From Neoconidiobolus thromboides FSU 785 (taxonomy: Eukaryota > Fungi > Entomophthoromycota), in assembly GCA_025603075.1 (NCBI GenBank), contig MU626300.1, forward strand, positions 1 to 64,000: DNA of 64,000 nt, written 5' to 3'. The translations under genes were made by a program, and so were the position numbers. Positions within the stretch are counted from its first letter, which is position 1, and every line of letters starts with the position of its first letter. The notes beneath the pieces are model-generated. The model did not search any database and was not told where the DNA came from. It saw nothing but the letters and a program-made list of their open reading frames with translations. Positions 14,940 to 29,555 of the stretch are shown here, piece after piece.

Positions 14940-15618
14940 TATATACTATAAGTTTGCTATGCTAAACTATTTTAAAGTAGTTATTTAAGTTGGAAGGATG
15001 TAGTTCATAAAATAGATGTATAGTGTATAGACAAGTATCTTTCTAGTAACTTTTGTTATGTTTTTGTAGATAAGAAATATATCTCTGATGTCATATATGG
15101 TAATTTTTTATTGTCCTAGTTTTTTTAGTACATGAATCATTGCCAGTTTTGGTCATATTCTCGGTTAATCTCTAAAGTAAAAGATTATTATTCTAAGTAT
15201 AACCTCTTGTCTTTATTAAAGATATTGGTACTCCGCATTATAAATGATTTAATATGATATTATCTTAGGTCTGCTATCTTATTCTGTTCTATCAAAATAC
15301 CAAAGTTAAAATTGTGTACTATTTATATAAGTAATTATTTATATTTAATGACCTATACACTATTAATTTGGTCTATTGAAACATTTTAACATTGTTGTTA
15401 GCTATCTATCATATCTAGTTGGCTCTTCAAGCTTATAAAAATAGTTTTATTTGGATATATCTGCTTCCAAATAAGACTGATTTTGATGGCTAAAGTATAT
15501 AATAAAATTTAATTTAAATATCACTAGAGCTTCTTGGATTGAAGTCCAATATGTTTTTATATGAAATCGGTATTTAAAGTAGTTTAAATTTAAGATATCA
15601 ACTATATCAAACATTTTT

Positions 15619-16711
15619 TTATTTAATATTTTTGATACTTTTACTATTCTTTTGTACTAAATCTTCAATAATCTTTGACGTATGTTGTAAAATAGATTCA
15701 GGTGAATGAAAACAAGATACATTTGCCAATTTCTCCACACGCTTGTAATAATTTATCACTTTCTTTGAACCCCCATTATAAGCGTCGATTCTACTTTCAA
15801 TTATTTTTCTATCAGGATTGTTAAATCTCTTTATTTGTTCTTCTATTGTACAATCTATATTAACAACTAAATTGGGTGAGCAAATCTAATAAAATGTAAG
15901 TTTAAAATAATAAAATATTGAAATGATATTACATTGTCTTGAAACTCTATTGTTTGTTCTATTTTCCTTGGGAAGCCATCAATTATAAATCTAGTCTTGT
16001 TAGAAGTCAACATTGCATTACGAAAAATTGACGTAATAGTAGACGATGGAATAGTAACACCGTCTTTTATACAATTACTTAAAACTGAGTAATTGGTAGA
16101 TGATGGATCGCTTAATTCCTTTCCAACTAGCTCATTTACTAAACTTATTAATATTTAAATATCAAAATTAAAATAAATAATACGATTGAGATGTAACATA
16201 TTAAATTTGTTTGATAGCTCTTTGGCCAAAGTAGTTTTGCCACTTGAAGGCCCACCTAGTTATATTTAATATGTGTCATTTACTAAAAACGATAAGTTAC
16301 CAATAACAAAAACAATAAACGGATCTTCATCAAGTAATAGTTGATTATTCTTTTTCATCTCTTCAACCATTTTACCATAATTTTCACCACCTTAAATTAG
16401 TTTAACAAAATATAAATGTAAACAATAAAATTACCTTTTCTTTGTTGAATTAAAGCCCAATAAAGTCCATAAAGCATAGTCAACACTGCTACTACAGCTA
16501 ATGGATGAAATCCGCTACCATAATCTTCTATCATAGCTCTGTCTCCGAATTTTATTTCTCTTCCATCATTTAATACAATTTTGTCGATTTTTTTCCCTTT
16601 TCCTTTCTTTAACATTGAATAACATCTGATAGTGTCATTGTTTATTATACATTTTTTAAGTAAATTGGTATTTAATTTAAAACTTAGTTTTTTTAATCTA
16701 ATCAAACTCAT
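15619..16711 (-). CDS. Adenylate/UMP-CMP kinase-like protein with a basic N-terminal presequence and one TM helix; degenerate active site; multi-exon
   Basis: ORF 16397-16711 splices in frame (QQRK G|GGENYGKMVEEM) into FIVFVIGGPSSGKTT...FIIDGFPRKIEQ...VINYY; stop at 15619. Confidence 0.75.
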
Positions 16712-17020
16712 ACTTATTAAATTTGATTTAATTTAATTATTTTAAATATAGACTTTATTTTCCCATAAACTAGTAAATCAATCCTTTGCTAAACCTTAAC
16801 AATTATTTTGACTATTGAATAATAAAATTGAATATTATGTGAATTTGGTAGCACTGTGCATAAATTATTATAAGACGTCTTTATTTTCTAAATAGAATAA
16901 ATATTCAGTACTTAAAAATTTAATATAATTGGTCTAAAAGCGAATTACTACATAAAATATTGAGGTGAAAAAGTATATTAATAATAATTTTTTATATCCA
17001 ATTTATATCTACTGCTAATA

Positions 17021-17705
17021 ATGTCATCTCAATTAAATACTAAAACTATTATATCCAACGTTAATGAAAAATATAGTGATATCTTAAATAATATAATAAG
17101 ATTCAAATTAAGCTTTGATGAAGTTCACGAAGCAGAATTAATAGACTGTGATAACTCTGGAATTAAAGTTTTATTTTTTGATAAAAAAGATAGTGAAAAA
17201 AAGAAGAAGGGATACGTAAAGTTTAACGACCAAGTTAATAATATAGGTGAATTTTATACACAATTTTCAGTTTTAAAAAAAGAAGCATATGAAGGTTTAA
17301 AAGTAAAACATAATAATATATCCTCATTTTAATATCTTAACGTTATATTAGATAAAAGAGGTAGAAGTTTCAGATAAGATAGACAACTTTAGACTTCCAG
17401 ATGGCTACCTTATGGTGATGGTGCTTTGTGGAATGACCTTTTTATTTTGCTTTGCATATCGTATTGGCCTTAATCCACTTTTAACTGAACTTAGAGATAA
17501 TATGGGTGACGAATTCATATTCCGTACTATTAGCTATATTCTATATTCAAACATTATAGTATCATTCTTGACTTTTATTGTCTGCTATTTACATGGAAAT
17601 TATACTTTTTACTGTACTTGTAAATGGATGACATCTTCATTTGTATTTGGAATGCTGTCTCTTGCAGTATTAGTCCCTTCAAGACGTCTTAAGATTCTTG
17701 GTTGA
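17021..17705 (+). CDS. Membrane protein, probable DUF2470 N-terminus plus TMEM254-like C-terminus; 2 exons
   Basis: ORFs 17021-17332 and 17412-17705 join across one short intron; IISNVNEKYSDIL resembles the DUF2470 start; C-terminal KWMTSSFVFG. Confidence 0.5.
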
Positions 17706-17818
17706 TTCATTCTAACCGCTTTTTTTTAATGATACCAAGATTCTTGATCAAAAATAAAATTAATACAGCATAATGTGAAACTAAACTATTAACATTTTCA
17801 ATTTAATAACAATAGAAT

Positions 17819-18296
17819 TTAATTCCTTTTGGAGGTTTTTTTTGAGCCAAGAGTAACTTTATCAGATTCCAAACTAGCAACAAAATCATTCAAAATATCA
17901 TAAAGATGATCATTTCTACGTGCACACAATTTAACATCTTCTGATGTGATTGTACTTCTTCTAGCATGACCAGAGAAAGCTTCGATATCTTTTGACATGT
18001 GTTGTAACTGCGTATACATTACATCTCCCAAAACTTGCTTAAAATTTCGAGTTATCTTACAATTGAGTTTTTTTTCTATTTAATATTTGAGGTTAAATCA
18101 TTATTATAATATCCTTTATCTTACCTTCAGAATCACAAACTTTAGATGTTGTGTTCCATATCGAAGCTCTCAATTTCTATTATAATTTAATATTATCGAT
18201 TTATAATAAATAATTTACTTCTTCTATTCCATCTATATTTAAATCACCATCATCCTTATTTAAACTTGAATCATTTATATCTTCAAGGTTGTCCAT
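17819..18296 (-). CDS. MHF1: CENP-S/MHF1 histone-fold protein; multi-exon
   Basis: KLRASIWNTTSKVC and DIEAFSGHARRSTITSEDVKLCARRN. Confidence 0.88.
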
Positions 18297-18472
18297 AATT
18301 TATAAAAGTTTAAAAAAAGCAAATTAAATATTTGTAGTTTTCAACCTAAACTAATAATAAATTTTAATTATGGAAATAGTAGATTGTCAAATTAAATATA
18401 AAAAAATTGTTTCATATTTAATTAAACTATTATTTAAATTATTAAAAATCAACATTTTATTATCAAATTATA

Positions 18473-20147
18473 TTAATGAAAAAGTGCTTCGATCTCGCTT
18501 ACTTCCTTTAGAAGAGGAGTAAGGTTATCGTGACCATTTTCAGTAACAACTACCGAATCTTCAATACGTACACCACCAACCTTAACAAATTCTTGGGCAA
18601 GATCAATATTTACGTATTTGGCAATTTCTGGATCTGCAATACCTGCAGCAATTAAAGCTGAAGAGAAGTAGATACCTGGTTCAACAGTTACAACCATACC
18701 TTTAGTAAGTTTACGGCGCATACGTAAATAGCGAATCCCTGGTTCTTGAATACGTTCAACGCCTTTAGGATAGCCACCAACATCATGGACATCAAGACCA
18801 ATAGAATGACCAAGGCCATGTGGGAAAAATATAGCAACAGCACCAGATTTTAGGGCTTCTTCAGGAGTACCTTTGAGGATGTTAAGTTTAACTAAACCTT
18901 CAGCAGCAACTTTCATAGCAAGGCGGTGTAAATCTTCCCACTGTACACCTTCTTTAATAGTATCAAGGACTGCTTTTTGCATATCAAGTACCAATTGATA
19001 GACAGCACGTCCCTTTTCAGTAAATTTACCAGCAACTGGGAATGTACGAGTAATATCGGCAGCGTGATAGCGGAAATCACATCCAGCATCAACCAACACT
19101 AATTCACCTTCTGCTTTAATATTAGCACAGTTTTGATGATAATGAAGAATAGCCCCATTAGTACCAGATCCTACGATGGGATTATAGCCTAACCCGGATG
19201 AACTAAATAAATATTCAACATTTATTTTTTAAAAATATGTATAATTTACCCATGAGCATGACAATGATATGCGAATAGGGCATGGAGCTCACGTTCATTC
19301 ATACCAGCTTGTGCTTCTTTCATTAATTTAACATGAGCTTCACTGAATACAACTTAATAAATACTTAAAATAATTTAATTAGAGTAGATTACCAAGAGAT
19401 ACGATTAGCTTCACGTAAAAGCGAGATTTCGAAGTCTGATTTAATCATCCGTGATTCATTTAATGCACTAATAAAATACTAAATTTATATTAATAAATAA
19501 AGTATAATAACTTACGTTTGAAGATGTTCATTATTAAGTTTTGATGAAAATTGAGTAATAGTTTCGTTTTTAAATACTTGATCAAATGTGTGAATAGTAT
19601 TTGAGTTCAACTTCTCGATATAAGGGATAAGTTGTTCAACGTATAATATTTCATCGACATTATATTTTTCTTTTTGTTCAGTTAAACTTGCTATTTAAGA
19701 TAAGTTTAATTTCAAATTTAATTATTTTCATATAACTTACGTTGCTCTCCAATCCACATTATTTCATCGTCATGTATCTTTGGCGCGAATAAAATAGATT
19801 TACCAGAGGATAATTCAACGATGACGTGATATCCAGGTTGATCAACACCTAATAAATTAATTAGTCTATTTAATAATTAGATAAATTTTATAATACCAGT
19901 TAAATAGAAGAAATTAGATTCTTGACGAAATACTTCATCCTAATAACAGAATTTAGTGAAATATTGATATTAATTCGTTTATACTTACCATATCAGTGTC
20001 ATGTCTGCAAGAAGCAATGTCACCTTGGAGATATAAAATATCATTGTCTTCGACTTTGGTTAATGTTTTCAAATAACTAACGACTTTCTCCACATTTTGT
20101 TTAGCAGGGTATTGTACGTTAATGAGCTGAGATACTGTTGCAACCAT
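18473..20147 (-). CDS. Xaa-Pro dipeptidase (prolidase, M24B); multi-exon
   Basis: FRQESNFFYLTGV, LVDAGC..YHAADITRTFP, HGLGHSIGLDVHD, TVEPGIYF, GGVRIED metal-binding motifs. Confidence 0.92.
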
Positions 20148-20791
20148 ATTAAATTTAAGTAAAATAGGTAATAGTCTGATCTGGTATTGTCTATTTATAC
20201 TTTTATTTTTTATTTTTATTTTTATTTAAATAACTGATACTACAAATTTAGTTGATTATAATTGGTTAAATTTATTGTGGTTATGGTTGAAAATGACATC
20301 AGGTGACCAAAATTTCGAAGTGAAATCATTCTGATTTAAATCCTAATTAAATTAATCCAAAATCTTCATTAATAATAATATTATATCATATTAATTTATG
20401 TAATAAATATCTTGATATCTTAATTTTAAAAATTTTAAAAAATCGTATATTAATTATATTTATTGTAATAAATCTCTATAAATTTACGTTTAACTTGATA
20501 TGCATGTGAGGTTATTTTTAATAACTTGGTATTTTTTGAATTTGAAGTCTTCTAAAAAATAATTAAAATACTGAAATGACTAAAGACAGTCACTCTTGTA
20601 AATAAAAATTAATATTAATTCTACTTTCTTATTTTCTATTCTATTCTGATTAATATTAATAATTTCATGTATTAATATTAAATCCTTATTTTATATACAT
20701 TTACTTATAATTTATTAAAAACAATTAATAAGTTTTATAAATTTTAATAAATTTTATTTTAATAAAAAAGTGAAATACAAATTAGACATTG

Positions 20792-23716
20792 TTACATAGG
20801 GGCATTTGGATTAAAATTAAAGTCAAAGTTATATAAGGGATCCCAACCAAATGGCTCTAATGTATTATTTCTATCTGAGTTCATATTTTGTAAATTATTA
20901 TTATTATTAAATCCATTGTACATAAATTGATTAGGATCAATAATGTTTTGATTATTAAGATTGGTAAATGCAGCTAAATTATTATTGTTATTAAGTTGCG
21001 CTTGGTTTTGCTGTAACAATGAATTTAAAAAGAGTTGTTGATTGGCATTATTATTAAATAACATTGTGTTTTGTAATCCTTGTTGGGCTAACGAATTATA
21101 GTTCATTATATAGTTACTATTGTTGTTATTCCCCAAGTTTAGACCTTCTGATATTAATGTATTTGAACTCAAAGTAGGTTGATTTTGTTGAGAGCCAATA
21201 TTACTATTAGTTAAGTTCACTTGGCTATTGTTTAATTCAAAAGCTGATTGGTGAACAAAAGCTTGATTGCTTGAACTATAGCTTGTGGAATTTGTAACTG
21301 GGATATCTCTTTTCGGTACATTCTCAATAATTTCACGTAGTATAGCCGGCTGTTCACTTGAAGGTTGAGCTTGAATGCTTGAGTTTGAATTATTGTTCGA
21401 ACCATCATTGTTTTGGTTATTATTACTCGAAGTGTTTGTCTGCTTAATGTCTTTAAGTACTCTGGCTTGTAAAAATTGAGTTGGATTGAGAGGTTTAATT
21501 CCATGCACTCCTATATTTGGATTAATATTATTTGGCATAGCTGGATTAGCATTTTGTTGTTGAGGTGGATTTTCTCTAACATTTTGTGGAATACTATTCT
21601 TGTCATTATTTTCGCCTTGCTCAACCCATTGTTCTGAGCTAGCTAATCCATAAAACGTGTGTACGATTTCTTTAAGGGATTCAGGCCAAGATTCATCAAT
21701 GTATCCTTGTGTTAGAATACCTAAAGACGTTAACATATCAAGAGACCCCATAACGATCTTCTTTGACATGGGTGTATAGCTAAAGGTTGAAATGATGCTT
21801 AGTGTATCAAACGCATATTGCTTAGACTTTTCTTGAGAAGCCTGTTCATCAATAGTTGTAGATGCTCCTAAAGTGTGAATTGAAAATGCTACTAACAATG
21901 GATAATATTTAAAAAATAAAAAAGTTTCTCTGTAACTCTCGATATGATTACTAACTAAATGCACGATACCTCGTGACGCGATTTCACATTTATCATAATA
22001 AGAGCGTGCAAATGTACTAAGCAAATTAGATGGTCGAGGCAAAAGTGGACGATGAAGTAAAATTGTGATAGTTAAATAATATAATTTAAGGTGCAATCCA
22101 AATTTATAGCTATTGTTTTGCTCAGAGTAATCCAATGAATTTATCTGTGGCCACTCTTGTAATAAAGAATGGTACCAACCTAATAATGTGTCATCCAAAT
22201 GGTGTATTTGTGATTGTAATTTTAAAGCAGAATAACCTTGACGGGAACGCACCGAATAAATATTGTGTGTTAATTTTCCATAAATTTGCATCAATTCAAC
22301 AAATTTAGAGAAAAACATCCGTCTCAGATTTAAAGGAGGCTGTTTAGGAAGTGGGATAGATACAACATTTGGCATACCAGATCCAGTTTCATAGGAAAGA
22401 TCTGGAAAAGGGGTGTCATATTCATCTTCGCTAATAGCAAGAGGTCGACCAACGTTTACACTGGTGATCCTATCAGTAATGTAACAGCCCCACCATAATC
22501 TACGCCTTGCTTCTCTTTCTAATAAACTTTCAGAGTCACTTTCTACAATAATAAAATCACGATGTAATCCAAGATCTAAAGCTTGGCGAATAGCAATACC
22601 CGAATTAGTCCAAGATTTCCCACCACGAGCTATATGAACACATAAGGAAAGTAAAAGAAATGCTTGAATGCTATAAATTGTAGGCTCATCAATCAAGAGC
22701 AAAAGTTTTTGACGGGAACGGACATAAAGAATTTCGCCAAGTTGGTTTAAATTTTCAATTTGGTTCTGCTTAACATGTTCAAATGTATAAAGACTAAGTG
22801 AGCAAATTGCATCTAATAAAAAAGCAGGAAGTGATGAGGTTGATTGATTGTACTCCTGTAAAAACCAATCCTGGCAAATAATGGGGAAATGAGGATGAAT
22901 GGTATTGAAATAGTTGACTACCAATATGTCTAGGTGTTCTTTGGGTAAGGAAAGATTCAAATTCAGTGAAGCGGTTCTACTTGCACTAAGAATATCGGCA
23001 TCAGCAGGTACTTTCAATAGTTCAACTTTGTCTGCTTCTTTACTTTGTCGCATTAAATAAACCCCAGAACTTTCACCAAGATACCTTGTGCTTCCGTTTT
23101 CTAAAAGATTAAGCTGACCTGCTTTTCTAGGTGGATTTACATGCTTAACTACTGCTTGAGATCTTAAGTTCACCCCAGAAACTTTGATATAACTTTCAAC
23201 TGGCCTAGGAAATTTAGAAACTTCCTTCCCTGTTGATTTGTTATTTGAGCTTATAACCCTTACCTCATTATTTCTGTTCGCTAAAACTATTTGTTTATTG
23301 TTCCCTGTTTCATTTTTGGACATTTCATTACTAACATTTTTAGGAGATTCATGATCAGAGTTGATTTCTTCTCCGAATTCTAAATTGTCATAATTTTCAT
23401 CAAAAAACGGCTCACCTTCTATAAGGAAAGGATCTTCAGAATTAGAAGCAAAATTTGGAGGAACTGAAGGTGATATTTTTTCAACGTAATCTTCCAGAAG
23501 GTTTTGTAAACTATCAAGTCTATTTTCTAACGCTCTAACATAACCCTTTTGTGGCCCTCTTCTTTTTTCAATTGCTACGTAGACACATTCAAATCCATGC
23601 ACAGTACAATTTGAACATTTAGGATAGTCACCAGAGCATTTGGTTTTCTTTTTTCTACAAGGCTCACAAGCTTGTCTAGCTCTTGATCTTTTGTTAGCAG
23701 ACTCGTCGTCAGCCAT
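20792..23716 (-). CDS. Zn(II)2Cys6 transcription factor with fungal TF middle-homology domain; intronless, Asn/Gln-rich C-terminus
   Basis: CEPCRKKKTKCSGDYPKCSNCTVHGFEC; AIRQALDLGLHR...RRRLWWGCYITD....GRP. Confidence 0.93.
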   Translation of the reverse strand: MADDESANKRSRARQACEPCRKKKTKCSGDYPKCSNCTVHGFECVYVAIEKRRGPQKGYVRALENRLDSLQNLLEDYVEKISPSVPPNFASNSEDPFLIEGEPFFDENYDNLEFGEEINSDHESPKNVSNEMSKNETGNNKQIVLANRNNEVRVISSNNKSTGKEVSKFPRPVESYIKVSGVNLRSQAVVKHVNPPRKAGQLNLLENGSTRYLGESSGVYLMRQSKEADKVELLKVPADADILSASRTASLNLNLSLPKEHLDILVVNYFNTIHPHFPIICQDWFLQEYNQSTSSLPAFLLDAICSLSLYTFEHVKQNQIENLNQLGEILYVRSRQKLLLLIDEPTIYSIQAFLLLSLCVHIARGGKSWTNSGIAIRQALDLGLHRDFIIVESDSESLLEREARRRLWWGCYITDRITSVNVGRPLAISEDEYDTPFPDLSYETGSGMPNVVSIPLPKQPPLNLRRMFFSKFVELMQIYGKLTHNIYSVRSRQGYSALKLQSQIHHLDDTLLGWYHSLLQEWPQINSLDYSEQNNSYKFGLHLKLYYLTITILLHRPLLPRPSNLLSTFARSYYDKCEIASRGIVHLVSNHIESYRETFLFFKYYPLLVAFSIHTLGASTTIDEQASQEKSKQYAFDTLSIISTFSYTPMSKKIVMGSLDMLTSLGILTQGYIDESWPESLKEIVHTFYGLASSEQWVEQGENNDKNSIPQNVRENPPQQQNANPAMPNNINPNIGVHGIKPLNPTQFLQARVLKDIKQTNTSSNNNQNNDGSNNNSNSSIQAQPSSEQPAILREIIENVPKRDIPVTNSTSYSSSNQAFVHQSAFELNNSQVNLTNSNIGSQQNQPTLSSNTLISEGLNLGNNNNSNYIMNYNSLAQQGLQNTMLFNNNANQQLFLNSLLQQNQAQLNNNNNLAAFTNLNNQNIIDPNQFMYNGFNNNNNLQNMNSDRNNTLEPFGWDPLYNFDFNFNPNAPM

Positions 23717-24544
23717 TTTAAACTAATTTTGATTGTATATTTAAAATATAGATTTTACTGAAAGCATATAGCTTGAGGAATGAAAAAACTGTTTATTAAA
23801 TTCTCATAATTATTTGAGAATAGTTGAGTAATATTTGTACACAGTTTAGGTTACAGTTAAAAATTACTAAATTTGTAAATAATCACAGTTTAAAGTAGGA
23901 AATTGAATTTTAATATTAATAAAACGAAGTTTATTAAAAGAAATTCATTAAAAAGAAATGATATAAGGATATAAGAATTAAGCTAAGATATATTATAGGA
24001 AGTGTTAATAGTTTTACATTTCTTGATCCCAATATGTTTCAATTATCAATTTTCAATATGAATAAAAAGCTTATTAAAATTTGTTAATATTATTTAAAAC
24101 ATTGCGTAGTTTATTTAATATTATATTATTAATACAATAAATATTTAAGTTATATTTCAAGTATAATAAAATTAAATTACTAAAATAGAATTTTGACTTT
24201 TTGATGTATTAAGGCTTGTTTATTTTGAAATCAAAAATTAAAGACTTTAGAACGTCCTATTTGCCAGTTTTTGATAAATATAATGCTAGCTAGTGTTTCT
24301 AATATATTATTTATACAATTATATTAGATAAAATTATAGTATTAACGTGATTATAGCTTATTCTCATTTAATTTGATAGAGATAAGGCTAAAATTAAAAA
24401 AAAGGATTAAGTTACAATAAATTAAATCATGTTAAAAATAATTTATAGCTAATATTTGATAAGAAATTAAAAATGATTGGATTAAATAATCAGCATGCTG
24501 CTATAAATTAAATTATAATCAAATATAAATAAAATAAAATTTTT

Positions 24545-26468
<1,924 letters not shown>

Positions 26469-27098
26469 TTATAGCAACTGTTTACTAAAGTTGTTGTTCT
26501 GTCTTCTGAACATTTCGTTTATATTTGAAATATATCCCGTATATAATATTTTTTAACCCATTATTATAAAAATGAATACTGTTTTATGCTACTATACACA
26601 TTCTTTAAAAACATTAACCTATTGTATAGTAATCATCTTTTTTTATTATCATTTATGAGTAAGACTATATATAAACTTCTTTTTTGATTCAGTATTTGAC
26701 TGAAAAGTTTTGATCTATGTTAAATAAAAATAAATAAATAAATAAAAGAGAACAAAAAACATTACCATCCGTTTAATATTTAATATTTTATTATAACTCG
26801 ATACATAAAATGCTTAAACTTATTATAATACATTTTGTAGTGAATATAATATATGAACTCACCAAACTTAAGAAAGCCTATTTCAAAGCAGCTTATAATT
26901 GTCTAAGTTTAAATGTCTACTCTGTAGTGATAATTTTTATACTCAATAAGCTCTATATTATTGAGTTGATTACAGCTTGATACTTAAGATCCATCCTTAA
27001 ATAAATAGTTAACTCGCGCACTTTTGAGCTTAAATACCTTTAAAATAATAGTAAAGTTAATCATTCCTTAAAAAACTTAGTTATAGGCATCTTATATA

Positions 27099-27197
27099 TG
27101 GTGATGTATTTTTTTGTTTAAGAGCTTTACTAACAACCTTTCCACTAAATAGCACTTAAAAAATAGAGAAAATAATAAAACCAAAAAAACATTCCCA
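27099..27197 (+). mobile_element. MITE-like element, copy 5
   Basis: TA|TGGTGATGTATTTTT...AAACATTCCCA|TG. Confidence 0.8.
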
Positions 27198-27529
27198 TGT
27201 TTTCAAGAATTATGATATCAAATTATTTTTTAAATAGTATATTTTTAATAAGTATAGTTCTTTTTAATCAACTATTATAATTTAGTTTGTGTGTTATTGA
27301 CATTTAAATTTTATATTCATTAATTAAAGCGAAATATCCTTTTGTAAACTTAAACATCTTATAAGAGTCATTTTTAACTATTAATTTAAAATAAATAGTT
27401 TTATAAATATTATTAATAGACCAAATAGTTATTTTATTATTGAATCTAAATTGAATCCAACATTAAAATATTTATCTCGAATAAATATTTCATATAGATA
27501 AAATTAATTTGTTTAATTTATGGCTAAGT

Positions 27530-28150
27530 TTAATACTCATAGTTGCTGTAGTCTTCCTTGTAGTCTTCCTTGTAGTCCCCTGAGTTTTCTTGGTAGTAAT
27601 CGCCCGAGTAATCTCCCTTGTTTTCGTCTCCATATTCACCTCCATATTCACCATTGTTGTTACAATAGTTATCATAAGGATCACATGATGGGCTTGGACC
27701 TGGAGTAGTTGAGGTGACTGGAGCAGTAGACTTACTACAGGCTGGATCATAAGGATCACATGATGGACTTGGAACTGGAGTAGTTGAGGTGACTGGAGCA
27801 GTAGACTTACTACAGGCTGGATCATAAGGATCACATGATGGGCTTGGAACTGAAGTAGTTGAGGTGACTGGAGCAGTAGACTTACTACAGGCTGGATCAT
27901 AAGGATCGCATGATGGGCTTGGACCTGGAGCAGTAGCAGTACATAGTTCATTAGCCTTGGTTTCAGTTACAGTAGTAGTGATGGCTGGAGAAGCTGAGCA
28001 TGATTGAGTAGCAGCTGGAGCAGTGACAGTCTTAACTTCAGTTTTAGTACAAGTTTTAGTGACGGTTTGAGCCTGGCATTGTTGCTGATTATATACGTCA
28101 GTAGCAGAAACGATAGCAAGAAGTAAAGCAGTAATCGTAAAATATTTCAT
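27530..28150 (-). CDS. Secreted Thr/Pro/Cys-rich repeat protein with an acidic Tyr-rich tail
   Basis: Signal peptide MKYFTITALLLAIVSA (ATG 28150); 25-aa repeats; intronless; relatively GC-rich, biased codons. Confidence 0.85.
   Translation of the reverse strand: MKYFTITALLLAIVSATDVYNQQQCQAQTVTKTCTKTEVKTVTAPAATQSCSASPAITTTVTETKANELCTATAPGPSPSCDPYDPACSKSTAPVTSTTSVPSPSCDPYDPACSKSTAPVTSTTPVPSPSCDPYDPACSKSTAPVTSTTPGPSPSCDPYDNYCNNNGEYGGEYGDENKGDYSGDYYQENSGDYKEDYKEDYSNYEY
27671..27930 (-). repeat. 75-bp coding tandem repeat, about 3.5 units
   Basis: ATCATAAGGATC recurs at 27671, 27746, 27821 and 27896; encodes PSPSCDPYDPACSKSTAPVTSTT(S/P)(V/G). Confidence 0.95.
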
Positions 28151-29454
28151 CTTAATTAAATTCAATTTAATTTTCTTTAGTATGTAAATAAATGTTATTC
28201 AATAACAAAATTTGGAAATTTGATAATGGAATTACATTTGATCTGCTTCTATTTATACTATCTCTTGATAGATATGTATAATTATATTATATTTTATTTT
28301 TATCTTTTTCAATAGATTAGTTATAACATAAGGGTTAGCTAATCCTACAATTAACTTTTATAGTTATTAATTTCATAATTATATTAAGGAATTATTTTAC
28401 AATTTTATAGAACATTAAGAGTCTATTATTAGTTTACAAACAGCTTAGTTTAATAAACTCAATGACATAAAAGATGGTAGATTTAATAAATCTATAAATA
28501 ATAATTTTATTTAATGAATTTCATATATAATATATTGTAATGAATCTTTAGTGATAATTCTTTTAATTTTGATGTTGTAAATATGTATCGTTAAATAGAA
28601 CTATTAAATTAACCTTAATAGTAAATTTAAATAAAATATTTTAATATCAAAACTTATAATTTATACTTAATAACAAGAATATGTATATACTCTAGTTATT
28701 TTGTATCATAAATTGTCATGGTTTTTGGTATTTAATTTTTCATAAATATTTTCATGAATTAATATATAGAGTTTATCTAATATCTTCATTTTGCTACCAT
28801 TTATTTCAAATATAAAAAATATAGAGCATTAGTTTACAAAACTTTTCACCTTGGTTCTAAAAGAAATGACTAACTCGATAATTAATTGGCTCTTTTAAGG
28901 TTTTAAAATAACTTTGTGTAAATTTAATATATCAAAGTTCTGAATAAAAGAAATGAAGGACAGATATATAATATGTGATATGAAATTTGAATAATTTTGT
29001 ATCGAGATTTATCATAAGCCAATAATATCATGAATAAAGAATATATATTAATGTTCATTATTTATTATTTTGAGATTCTAGGATTTTATATTTCTAAAAT
29101 TATATAACTAAATATTAAGGACCAATTGAATATAGTTATGAACATAATAGTATCTCACATTCCCGTATTTGGTATAGGCTAGTAATTTTAAAGGGTTGCT
29201 TTATTGCAAGTAATCATGCTAATAAAATTTACAAGTTTGTTTATCTATGTAGATTTTCTAATCTTTTTATGATAGGTTAAATTACTTATAACACCTATAG
29301 AACTACCAAGAAATTAAATATTAAATTCAGTTCCTATTAGTTTAATTCTAAAATAAGAAATTCAATAACAAGTAATTCAAACAATGATTTGACTTATTAA
29401 AATAAACACAGTATTAAGTTCTGAATATAACGAACAATACAAATATTATATATA

Positions 29455-29555
29455 TGAGGCTGCTTTTTTTTAGTTTCACTATTTTTCAATTTTTTAAGCA
29501 CTATTTAAGTGGAAAGATTATAGTAAAATTCTTAAACAAAAAAAACGCATCCCCA
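29455..29555 (-). mobile_element. MITE-like element, copy 6 (reverse)
   Basis: TA|TGAGGCTG...GCATCCCCA|TA. Confidence 0.85.

Noticed and set aside
14950-15600. Possible decayed ORF or transposon relic on the minus strand
   Set aside because: Stop density is about what random AT-rich DNA gives and no diagnostic motif is visible. A tblastx search would be needed.
16397-16711. Stand-alone 104-aa mitochondrial membrane protein
   Set aside because: It splices in frame into the kinase-like exons, so it is treated as exon 1 of that gene.
27671-27930. Regularly spaced repeats resembling a CRISPR array
   Set aside because: The units are contiguous and near-identical with no unique spacers, are a multiple of 3, and lie inside a coding ORF in a eukaryote.
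27490-27951. Overlapping ORFs 27490-27951 (-) and 27520-27708 (+)
   Set aside because: Alternative-frame and antisense shadows of the repeat gene.
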